17,220 nt of DNA from Calditrichia bacterium (GTDB taxonomy: Bacteria; Calditrichota; Calditrichia; RBG-13-44-9; J075), in assembly GCA_050633245.1 (NCBI GenBank), contig JBOEGD010000001.1, positions 407,232-424,451 on the forward strand, read 5' to 3'. The notes under the pieces are model-generated. The model was not told where the DNA came from. It was given only the letters and a program-made list of their open reading frames with translations, and made no database searches. Of this stretch, positions 9,048-17,198 are shown piece after piece. The position numbers and the translations under genes were made by a program. Position 1 is the first letter of the stretch; each line of letters opens with the position of its first letter.

Positions 9048-9893
9048 TTATCTAAAATATACGGCCAAAAGTCCCACAACCATATCCGATTTTAGCAGAT
9101 TACTCAAAAAGTTGAGTTGTTTTGAAGACGTATTTTGTTGAATTGAAAAAAGACAATAACCAAGAACCGGATAGACGCCGATTAACACAATTATCATATA
9201 GGTGATGCCATATTGCTGCAAATAGAAAGGTAGTAATGTTGCGAGCACCAACAGAATAAAGTTTAGCCAAATAAGCCTTTTCGCCGCACTGAAGCCAAAG
9301 ACTATCGGCAGCGTTCGTGCGCCCATTGCGCGATCACCTTCAATATCCTCCATATCCTTTATGATTTCCCTGCCAAAATGAAAGAAAAAGGCAAAGGTCG
9401 CAGGATAGATAGTTTCCCGAAAGCTGTTAACTGCCACTCCACCATAAATAAAAGCGGCGGCAGTGGAGAGACTAACAACCATATTTCCCCAAATTGGTTG
9501 CCGCTTAAAATGAGAAGCATAGAGAAAAGTGAGTGCGGAAAAGAAGAGTGCCATTGCCAGAGCAACAGGTGATATTATTGCTGCAATGCTATTTCCAACA
9601 GCGTATTCAATAAGTGCAATCTGTTTCCCGGCATTGGCAGATATATGGCCTGCCGGTAGAGGGCGATCCGGTTTATTAATCCGATCGATTTCGATATCAA
9701 AGTAATCGTTAATGCTGTTGGCCGCGGCTGCAATCAGTCCGGCAGAACACATGGCCAGCAGCAGCTGGATATGATAATCACCAATTCCTGCAATTAGCCC
9801 TGCAACGCCAATGGACAATGCGGTTATCAGCACGTTAACAGGGCGGGCAAGAGAGATGATGTATCGGATCTTGTTCATTAATGTGCTTGCCAT
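9048..9893 (-). CDS. UbiA-family prenyltransferase, geranylgeranylglyceryl-phosphate geranylgeranyltransferase (DGGGP synthase)-like
   Basis: RPVN, NDYFDIEIDRINKPDRPLPAG, WGNMVVS and REIIKDMEDIEGDRAMGARTLP, with multiple TM helices. The start could instead be ATG 9878. Confidence 0.85.
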   Translation of the reverse strand: MASTLMNKIRYIISLARPVNVLITALSIGVAGLIAGIGDYHIQLLLAMCSAGLIAAAANSINDYFDIEIDRINKPDRPLPAGHISANAGKQIALIEYAVGNSIAAIISPVALAMALFFSALTFLYASHFKRQPIWGNMVVSLSTAAAFIYGGVAVNSFRETIYPATFAFFFHFGREIIKDMEDIEGDRAMGARTLPIVFGFSAAKRLIWLNFILLVLATLLPFYLQQYGITYMIIVLIGVYPVLGYCLFSIQQNTSSKQLNFLSNLLKSDMVVGLLAVYFR

Positions 9894-9928
9894 CAGTTTT
9901 TCATAGCCTGGGTTTATGGCGAGTAGTG

Positions 9929-10102
9929 GGTAGATCGTCTCTCACTCTGTTCGAGACTGGTAGTTGATCGGTACAACATGTGAACGTGGTAAATGAGCTA
10001 CAATTATAAGGCCTGAGGTTGTAGTGTTCTACCAGTGATCCCAATACCTCGGGCGAACGACCTATCTTCTACCAGCAAGGCCGTAGGTCGAAGCGACCTA
10101 CC
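9929..10102. repeat. Second cluster of GTAG-flanked REP-like units (1 forward, 2 inverted)
   Basis: GGTAGATCG...CTGGTAG at 9929-9963. Inverted copies are CTACCAG...CGACCTATC (10029-10066) and CTACCAG...CGACCTACC (10069-10102). Confidence 0.7.
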
Positions 10103-10104
10103 CG

Positions 10105-11280
10105 CTATTGCGAAAACGCCCCAAAGTATTTATGACCGCTACCCGTGTTAAACAACACCACGCGATCTGACTCTTTAATCCAGCCGTCGGAGCGCAGCTT
10201 GTTAAAAGCAGCGAGCGTTGCACCACCCTCCGGACTGACGAACAGGCCTTCGGTTTTACCGATCAGGTTGGCCGCATCAATCATTTCGTTATCCGATACG
10301 GCTACTGCACTGCCATTGCTTTCTCGCACGGCATTTAATATCAGAAAATCGCCAACTGCAGCCGGAACACGTAGCCCATCTGCTTTGGTATGAGCATTTT
10401 CCCACGGCGTGGCAAATTTATCGCCATTTTGAAATGCTCGAACCATTGGTGCACAGCCTGCAGCCTGAACGCTTACCATACGCGGACGGAAGCTGTCTAT
10501 CCAGCCAAGTGCCTCCATCTCATCGAATGCTTTCCACATGCCGATAAGTCCGGTTCCACCTCCGGTTGGGTAGATGATCACATCCGGTAGTGTCCAGCCA
10601 AACTGTTCGGCAACCTCATAACCCATTGTTTTTTTGCCTTCCAAGCGATACGGCTCTTTTAGTGTAGACAAATCAAAGCGACCATACTCAGCAAGTTCCT
10701 TTGCAGCAAGTTTACCACAATCGGTTATCAGACCGTCGACCAGCGTTACTTTTGCACCAAGTGCCCGGCATTCGGCAATAAATGGTTCCGGAACATCTTT
10801 GGGCATGAATACATGCGATTCTAGCTCGGCCACTGCGGCATAGGCGCTCATCGCACCGGCGGCGTTACCCGCAGACGGAATAGACACTGCTTTAACCCCG
10901 AGTTCTTTCGCCTTCGACACGGCCATCGATAATCCACGTGCTTTAAAGGACGTCGTTGGGTTAACGCCTTCTTCTTTGATGAACAGGCCCTTAAAGTCCA
11001 GATGTCTGCGCAAGCGCTCCGTTTCGATTAGTGGAGTCCATCCTTCACCCAAAGAGATCACGAACGAATCGTCGATTACCGGCAACACTTCGCGATAGCG
11101 CCACATCGTTGGCGGACGCTTGGCAATCTGCTCGCGAGTGACATTCTTGCGAATTAAGTCCAGATCATAGCGAGCAAGCAGCGGCTTACCTGTCTTCGGA
11201 CAAAGATTCCAAAGCTTATCGATTGCATAGGTTGTTTGGTTGGCAGAACTTTCAAGATGAGTGAAGTAGGCAGTAGACAT
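10105..11280 (-). CDS. thrC: Threonine synthase (PLP-dependent, fold type II)
   Basis: MWRYREVLP, SLGEGWTPL, KEEGVNPTTSFKARG (PLP lysine), SAGNAAGA, EPYRLEGKKT, YPTGGGTG and FNTGSGHKY. GAGG RBS on the minus strand. Confidence 0.85.
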   Translation of the reverse strand: MSTAYFTHLESSANQTTYAIDKLWNLCPKTGKPLLARYDLDLIRKNVTREQIAKRPPTMWRYREVLPVIDDSFVISLGEGWTPLIETERLRRHLDFKGLFIKEEGVNPTTSFKARGLSMAVSKAKELGVKAVSIPSAGNAAGAMSAYAAVAELESHVFMPKDVPEPFIAECRALGAKVTLVDGLITDCGKLAAKELAEYGRFDLSTLKEPYRLEGKKTMGYEVAEQFGWTLPDVIIYPTGGGTGLIGMWKAFDEMEALGWIDSFRPRMVSVQAAGCAPMVRAFQNGDKFATPWENAHTKADGLRVPAAVGDFLILNAVRESNGSAVAVSDNEMIDAANLIGKTEGLFVSPEGGATLAAFNKLRSDGWIKESDRVVLFNTGSGHKYFGAFSQ

Positions 11281-11459
11281 GTTTTTCCTCGATTACAAAA
11301 AATGAACGTTTATAAGAAAAAACATACGAATTGCAGAGTTCTTTTCCACGCGAAAAAGCAACTTAGGAGGGCAAAATTTTGTTAAAACAGGGAATAGAGT
11401 TATGTTTTAAAAACATTTCCCGGCTAGCGGGAAACCCTATTGTCATTTAGGAGATTTGT

Positions 11460-12875
11460 ATGTCTACTTTCGACGCGCGTTCCTGGCTGCTCTTTGCTGT
11501 CTCATCTATTGTCGCGATTACGCTTTACAGTATGCCGATGGAAGCCTATTCCGGTATCAATTCGACCTTTGTACAGCTTGTTCGCGGTGCATTGATCCTT
11601 TTTGCGCTCTATCTCCTTTTTGAAAAGCTCTTCGAAATGGAGCTGCATACAAAAATTCTTCTTGGTATGGTTCTTGGGGCACTCGCGGGATGGCTTTTTC
11701 GAGAGAGTATCGTTGAGCTAAAGCCGGTGGGAACGGCTTTTATTCGTTTAATCCAAATGATAGTCGTGCCTTTGGTTTTATCCTCTCTGATTACCGGAAC
11801 GGCCAGCTTAGGCGACATCAATAAGATGAAGCGCATTGGCTCAAAAACGCTGAGCTATTACTTAATTTCGACGGCTTTTGCAATTACGATTGGATTGGTT
11901 CTGGCGAATGTTCTGCAGCCGGGAGCCGGCCTTAATCCGGAAGTGAAGGCAGACTTGCTTCAGAACTATAGCAGTGCGGCGGGGGACAAGGTTGCGAGTG
12001 CTCAGCAGAATACGGTGACACCAGTTGAAACGTTTTTAAATATGATTCCCCAAAATCCATTCGACGCGCTTGGGAATGGAAGAATGCTACAGATTATTTT
12101 CTTCGCTATTTTTACCGGAATTGCGCTAACGCTTATTCCAAAAGAGAAGGCGCGTCCGGTATTGGCCTTCTTTGAGGGAATCGATGAAGTGATGATCAAG
12201 ATTGTTACAATTGCAATCGAATTAGCTCCCTATGGAGTTTTTGCGTTAATTGCCGATGCTATAGGAGTATTCGGAATAGATATCCTTACCGTTCTGGCAA
12301 AATATACGCTTACGGTTGCCCTCGGCCTTAGTGTGATGCTGATCTTGTATCCGCTAATTGCAAGTCGGTTTACCAGTGTAAAACTTTGGCAGTTTCTGGA
12401 GGATATTCGCCCGGCGCAGCTTATCGCGTTCAGTAGTAGCTCAAGCGGTGCAACTCTTCCGGTAACAATGGAAGTCGCTGAGGAAAAGGTTGGGGTTTCG
12501 AATGAGATTTCCAGCTTTGTGCTCCCGCTTGGAGCAACGGTAAATATGGACGGCACGGCTCTTTATCAGGGTGTGGCAACGGTGTTCATTGCACAGGTTT
12601 ATGGCATTCCGCTGGATCTGGGGGCGCAGTTAACCATTGTTTTAACAGCCACGCTGGCCTCGATTGGAACCGCAGCCGCGCCGGGAGTCGGTATGATTAT
12701 GCTGGTATTGGTGCTGCAGCAGGTGGGAATTCCACTGGAAGGCATTGCGCTAATCCTGGCTGTAGATCGTCTGTTGGACATGATTCGCACGACCGTTAAT
12801 GTGACGAGTGACGTTACAGCAGCGACATTAATTGCTTCTTCAGAAAAACAACTTCATCGCCCCGTGGGCGCATGA
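11460..12875 (+). CDS. Dicarboxylate/amino acid:cation symporter (DAACS, GltP/GltT-like; probably Glu/Asp)
   Basis: FIRLIQMIVVPLV, AFSSSSSGATLP, PLGATVNMDGTALYQ and AVDRLLDMIRTTVNVTSD (the Arg is typical of acidic amino acid transporters). AGGAG RBS at 11449-11453. Confidence 0.92.
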   Translation: MSTFDARSWLLFAVSSIVAITLYSMPMEAYSGINSTFVQLVRGALILFALYLLFEKLFEMELHTKILLGMVLGALAGWLFRESIVELKPVGTAFIRLIQMIVVPLVLSSLITGTASLGDINKMKRIGSKTLSYYLISTAFAITIGLVLANVLQPGAGLNPEVKADLLQNYSSAAGDKVASAQQNTVTPVETFLNMIPQNPFDALGNGRMLQIIFFAIFTGIALTLIPKEKARPVLAFFEGIDEVMIKIVTIAIELAPYGVFALIADAIGVFGIDILTVLAKYTLTVALGLSVMLILYPLIASRFTSVKLWQFLEDIRPAQLIAFSSSSSGATLPVTMEVAEEKVGVSNEISSFVLPLGATVNMDGTALYQGVATVFIAQVYGIPLDLGAQLTIVLTATLASIGTAAAPGVGMIMLVLVLQQVGIPLEGIALILAVDRLLDMIRTTVNVTSDVTAATLIASSEKQLHRPVGA

Positions 12876-13059
12876 AGAAAAATTACTGTTGATATATTCA
12901 AATAGATGCCCTATTATCTGTCAATAATTTAGGGATATGTGCCACCAAAAAGGAATTAGGTCATTCGGGTTATTAGAATACTCAGAATTATTTGTTGATT
13001 TAAATCATCTTGTCAACTTGACGGTATGTCTATAATTTTATCAGAGCCCAGAAACCCGG

Positions 13060-14040
13060 ATGGTAGTGCGACATATGAATTTTAAGCAATATGATTACAC
13101 GAAAGTATTTTTTCGCCGGCCGATATGGACAGAGGGAAATGTCAGAATTTTGATGTTTCTTGTGCCCGTTGCGTTTGTTCTGTTTATGCTTACCTTTTTT
13201 TCGGTACGCTACTTCAGTAGCTATCCGGAATACCGTATTCAATCTCAAATAAAGCAAAAGTATATTGCCAGGGTTGTTGCCGAATACGCAAATGCCGAGC
13301 AGCCTCTATTGCCTCAGCGCAATGAGCCTATAAATCTTTCTATTTATGGAATAGATGTTTCCGCTTTGGAAGATGATGATTCAGATATCATCGAGGCTGT
13401 ATCTGATGCTATTCGCGAAGAAAACCGTGAAGAGAGTCCAATAAAGGGTAAGCCGAGGGTGCGCAAGCGAACGGCATTGGCAGAAGAGAAAAAGCCTGAA
13501 TATGATCAGTCATTATCCTCCTTTCTGAAAACGCCTTCCCAGACAAGTCTGGTTGTGCAAAATGCTATTCAGAATATACCGAATATCATCTCTCCCGGAG
13601 CTTCGGAACGTTACTCTCCACTTCAACCTTACAATACGCGCAAAAAAGCATATGAGTCTGGCACCAAGCAATTTACCGCAAATGGTGAAGGCAGTCAGAT
13701 TGACATTGCGAGTGCGGAATTTACGGATTTCGAAATTGTTAAAGGCTTAAGGAACTACGAAGAGACGATTACGATTGCCAAAGACAACCAAAAATTTGTG
13801 AAGCACTGTATTGAGCGGGCATTTCGCGATGATCCGACCGTTCGTGGAAATATTGAAGTGAAGTTCAATATTCATCCGGAAGGGTATGTGCTCGGTGAGA
13901 GTGTTCGTATTTTGAAGTCGGATGTGAAAGATGTGCGGGTGTTAAAATGCATTAAGCGAACTATCAGGCGCTGGCGCAATTTTCCGCGCGTAAAATACGA
14001 AAACGGCGAATACGTTATTACGCAGAAATATATCTTTTAA
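13060..14040 (+). CDS. Single-pass membrane protein with an AgmX/PglI C-terminal (TonB-C-like) domain
   Basis: One N-terminal TM helix (ILMFLVPVAFVLFMLTFF) and a charged low-complexity linker. The C-terminus reads NQKFVKHCIERAFRDDPTVRGNIEVKFNIHPEGYV...LKCIKRTIRRWRNFP. The start may be ATG 13075. Confidence 0.72.
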   Translation: MVVRHMNFKQYDYTKVFFRRPIWTEGNVRILMFLVPVAFVLFMLTFFSVRYFSSYPEYRIQSQIKQKYIARVVAEYANAEQPLLPQRNEPINLSIYGIDVSALEDDDSDIIEAVSDAIREENREESPIKGKPRVRKRTALAEEKKPEYDQSLSSFLKTPSQTSLVVQNAIQNIPNIISPGASERYSPLQPYNTRKKAYESGTKQFTANGEGSQIDIASAEFTDFEIVKGLRNYEETITIAKDNQKFVKHCIERAFRDDPTVRGNIEVKFNIHPEGYVLGESVRILKSDVKDVRVLKCIKRTIRRWRNFPRVKYENGEYVITQKYIF

Positions 14041-14065
14041 AGAACGTTCAGAGTTCAAAGTCTGT

Positions 14066-14093
14066 GGCGCCGCTGTTTATGCGGCGTTTTTTT
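14066..14093 (+). terminator. Rho-independent terminator
   Basis: CGCCGC-TGTTTAT-GCGGCG stem-loop followed by T7, about 25 nt after the 14040 stop. Confidence 0.8.
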
Positions 14094-14159
14094 ATAGAGG
14101 CGATGAAAAAGTGAATGGGCAGTTTGTAGCTTACTGTCGCCGGTTTTTTACTCCTTCTA

Positions 14160-14192
14160 CCGTCATTTCATTGCCGTCATTTCATTGCCGTC
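14160..14192. repeat. 14-bp tandem duplication (CCGTCATTTCATTG)x2.4
   Basis: Exact copies at 14160 and 14174, plus a partial CCGTC. An adjacent (CGATTCC)x2 lies at 14202-14215. Confidence 0.8.
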
Positions 14193-14214
14193 TTTTTATT
14201 TCGATTCCCGATTC

Positions 14215-15006
14215 CTATCCCCCATAATACTTCTGAATAAATTCACGCGAATTTAACGGATTGATTTTATCCTCATACTCCAGAATAATCGACTCTATTG
14301 CCGGTCTGGTTTTTTTAAGGAAGTTGAATATCTCATCGTAGGGAATATAGCCTTCTCCAAGAGTACAAAAGCTGGAGCGCGGCTGATCATCAGTCGTTGC
14401 ATCGATTAGGTGAAAAAGAATGGGCATACGTCGATTGCCAAAGAAATTGACCAACTGGAATGTCCACTCCATACTTTCCTGCACTGTAAATCCCACTTTT
14501 TTGTTAAACAATCGAGGGATATCCAACACCGGATATATGGGGTTACCAAAGTTGGAAGATAACGTGAAGAGTGCCAGATACTTTTTCAAGTTTTTCTCGG
14601 CATCCTCTTTTCCGTCCAGCGAAAAGTAGTTCTCCAGATAAATCCTTACGCCGCCTTTAGAGAGTTCTTCAGTCAATTTTATGAGTGAATCGATACTCGA
14701 TGTTTCGTCAAAATGCGAAATAAAATTTGGTGTCTCTATTTCCGCTAAAAAGCTATAGAGTTTTTTCTTGTAATCAGATTCAGCAAACTCAGTATTATAT
14801 AGACCTTCAGCATGATAAAAAGACTTGGGGAAATTTGCCTTTTTAATCTTTTTCAATTCCTTCTCATCTGAAAGAAGGTCATCATTTAAATAAATCTGTA
14901 TAGAGTCAAAGTTGCTTTGCTTGGCATAGGCCAGGGCATCGAGTGGATCGAAGTTGTGATTTGCCGAGACAGAATTTGCCACGCCAATAGATGGGTGAAC
15001 AGACAT
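14215..15006 (-). CDS. Xylose isomerase-like TIM-barrel protein (sugar phosphate isomerase/epimerase or AP endonuclease 2 family)
   Basis: IYLENY, VLDIPR, FHLID, LGEGYIPYDEIF and ILEYE follow the family pattern. An AAGGAG RBS (ctcctt, 15011-15016) supports ATG 15006 rather than 15102. Confidence 0.75.
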   Translation of the reverse strand: MSVHPSIGVANSVSANHNFDPLDALAYAKQSNFDSIQIYLNDDLLSDEKELKKIKKANFPKSFYHAEGLYNTEFAESDYKKKLYSFLAEIETPNFISHFDETSSIDSLIKLTEELSKGGVRIYLENYFSLDGKEDAEKNLKKYLALFTLSSNFGNPIYPVLDIPRLFNKKVGFTVQESMEWTFQLVNFFGNRRMPILFHLIDATTDDQPRSSFCTLGEGYIPYDEIFNFLKKTRPAIESIILEYEDKINPLNSREFIQKYYGG

Positions 15007-15177
15007 AGTGCTCCTTAAGCGTTTTTCCAGCCCAAAATACATATTCTGTCCGGGAATAGCCAGTAATAAGCCAAACAAAAAAATATTCAAAAAACGCAAC
15101 ATTTTTTCTAAGTGAATGATATAGGGAACCGAAAGCCAGGGTGATGAGGCTTCATTTGCTTTACTGGGGGAAAAATA

Positions 15178-16713
15178 ATGATAGCAAGGATATATTCTGC
15201 CGCATTGTTGGGTATAGATGCGAATCCGGTTGAGGTAGAAATCAGCCTTGAACGGGGATTGATGACGGTTGCGATTGTTGGCTTACCAGATTCTGCAGTG
15301 CGGGAAAGCCGTGAGCGTGTCATTGCAGCAGTTCGCAATAGCGGTTATGAGTTTCCAAACCGCCGCATCACCATTAACCTTGCTCCGGCAGACATTCGTA
15401 AGGAAGGCTCCGGTTATGATTTACCCATTGCCATTGGTATTCTGACAGCAAGTGGAATTGTCGCAGAAACGCGGTTAGCTGAGACCTGGATTATCGGGGA
15501 GTTGGCGCTTGATGGCGCACTGAGACCGGTGCATGGCGTCTTATCGCTTGCCTGGGAGGCGCGCCGGAAAGGAATTAAATCATTACTTGTGCCACCAGAG
15601 AACGCTCCGGAAGCAGCCATGGTGCGAGAGTTAACCGTCTATCCGGTGCAAAATCTGCGAGAAGCGGTAGACTATCTGAATCACGATGCCGATCCTGAAC
15701 CGTGTGTGGTAGACGTTAAGCAGATGTTTGAGAATGAGCGTCGCTCTTTGGTAGATTTCCATGACGTGAAGGGGCAGGAGCACGTGAAGCGAGCACTGGA
15801 GGTTGCTGCTGCTGGCGGACATAACATCATTATGGTTGGTCCACCAGGGTCTGGAAAAACCATGCTGGCGAAGCGCTTACCGACTATCCTTCCTTCTATG
15901 ACTCTGGAGGAAGCACTGGAGACGACCAAGGTCTATTCTGTTGCCGGATTGCTGCCGCCTGATCAGGCGATCATTGCCGGCCGGCCTTATCGCTCACCGC
16001 ACCATACAATTAGTGATGCCGGCTTAATCGGAGGAGGGAAGTATCCGCGTCCGGGCGAGGTAAGCTTGAGTCATCATGGCGTCTTGTTTTTAGATGAACT
16101 TCCGGAGTTTAAGAAAAATGTGCTGGAGGTGATGCGTCAGCCATTAGAGGATTCATCTGTCACTATTGCCCGTGCGGCATTAACTATTTCTTATCCGGCG
16201 AATTTTATGTTGGCAGCGGCGATGAACCCCTGCCCATGCGGCTACTACACTGACACCACGCGCGAGTGTCAGTGTGCTCCGCCGCTGGTTCAACGCTATA
16301 TGCAGCGTATTAGCGGTCCATTGTTAGACCGCATCGACATTCACGTCGAGGTACCGGCAGTGCAGTACGAAAAGTTGGTGGGGCAGGGCGGCGGAGAATC
16401 GTCGGAGGTCATCCGCGCTCGCGTTCAGCAAGCCCGTGAGCTGCAAACAAAGCGCTTCGATAGGCAAAATCATCTTTTCTGCAATGCTGACATGCAGCCA
16501 CGAGAAATACGTAAATTCTGTAAAATCGACGAAGAAGGCTCAAAGTTGCTGCGAGCTGCCATTGAGCGCCTGGGGCTCTCGGCTCGTGCCTACGACCGTA
16601 TCCTGAAGGTCAGCCGTACCATTGCAGACCTGGCAGGCAGCGAGAAGATCCTGCCCGATCATGTGGGCGAGGCGATCCAGTATCGAGGTTTGGATCGGGA
16701 AGTTAGGGGATGA
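15178..16713 (+). CDS. comM: ComM/YifB Mg-chelatase-like AAA+ ATPase (natural transformation helicase)
   Basis: [39 protein letters not shown], Walker [19 protein letters not shown], Walker [26 protein letters not shown] and [19 protein letters not shown]. The gene is full length (511 aa). Confidence 0.95.
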   Translation: MIARIYSAALLGIDANPVEVEISLERGLMTVAIVGLPDSAVRESRERVIAAVRNSGYEFPNRRITINLAPADIRKEGSGYDLPIAIGILTASGIVAETRLAETWIIGELALDGALRPVHGVLSLAWEARRKGIKSLLVPPENAPEAAMVRELTVYPVQNLREAVDYLNHDADPEPCVVDVKQMFENERRSLVDFHDVKGQEHVKRALEVAAAGGHNIIMVGPPGSGKTMLAKRLPTILPSMTLEEALETTKVYSVAGLLPPDQAIIAGRPYRSPHHTISDAGLIGGGKYPRPGEVSLSHHGVLFLDELPEFKKNVLEVMRQPLEDSSVTIARAALTISYPANFMLAAAMNPCPCGYYTDTTRECQCAPPLVQRYMQRISGPLLDRIDIHVEVPAVQYEKLVGQGGGESSEVIRARVQQARELQTKRFDRQNHLFCNADMQPREIRKFCKIDEEGSKLLRAAIERLGLSARAYDRILKVSRTIADLAGSEKILPDHVGEAIQYRGLDREVRG

Positions 16714-16868
16714 GTGTGATAGAATGGTAATCCCCCCGAAAAATAGTGCTATTTTAAAATAAAAATAAACCTCATGATGATTCACTTTAGCTTCTATCTG
16801 GATGAGTGAAATTGATTCTGTTATTGCCGAATTAAAAGCTCTCCTCTGTCCCAGGTTTTCTGAGAAAA

Positions 16869-17198
16869 TCATTCAAATAAGTTATCAAATACTAAGCCTT
16901 TTAAAAACCCGCCACTTGATTTTACTACACTTACTTCCTTTGTAGTAACAACTGCATGGGTGCCCGTGCAGTCCGTAGTTACAAAATCATGATTGAAGGC
17001 ATAAATAGAATAATCGATCCATTTATCACCGACTACAACTTCATCTAAAACTGTGCGAACCAGCTCTCTTTGATCTTGGAATTCGAGAGAATCATATACT
17101 TCCGCGAGCGAACTAAACTGATTCAATGTGAACTCAATGTCAATGTTTGAAACATCTTGAGAGTCCACTTTTGTTTTTAATTGTTCAATTTCTTCTTC
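16869..17198 (-). pseudogene. C-terminal fragment of a probable large serine recombinase (integrase), truncated upstream
   Basis: The frame reads EEEIEQLKTKVD (coiled-coil end) ... FSSLAEVYDSLEFQDQRELVRTVLDEVVVGDKWIDYSI, resembling the tail of large serine recombinases. There is an in-frame TGA at 17208-17210, and no catalytic domain in the window. Confidence 0.55.
16940..16984. mobile_element. Putative attP-like site of a comM-targeting large serine recombinase
   Basis: Imperfect inverted repeat ACTGCATGGG-TG-CCCGTGCAGT (9/10 arm match) with outer TTGTA...TACAA. The core TGCCCGTGCAG matches comM TGCCCATGCGG (16231-16241) at 9/11. Confidence 0.55.

Noticed and set aside
13010-13036. Sigma70 promoter TTGTCA/TTGACG ... 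TATAAT
   Set aside because: The spacings are 15 and 7 nt, both non-canonical. The -10 may be real, but a full promoter cannot be supported.
1402-16872. Numerous short antisense or alternate-frame ORFs (e.g. 1402-1641, 3203-3658, 4412-4702, 12230-12556, 15681-15929, 16540-16872)
   Set aside because: They lie on or within well-supported genes and show no recognisable motifs; they are shadow ORFs.
16923-16931. 9-mer TACTACACT shared with comM 16243-16251, as a possible target-site duplication
   Set aside because: It is short and out of register with the dyad core alignment, so it could be chance. It is not used as evidence.
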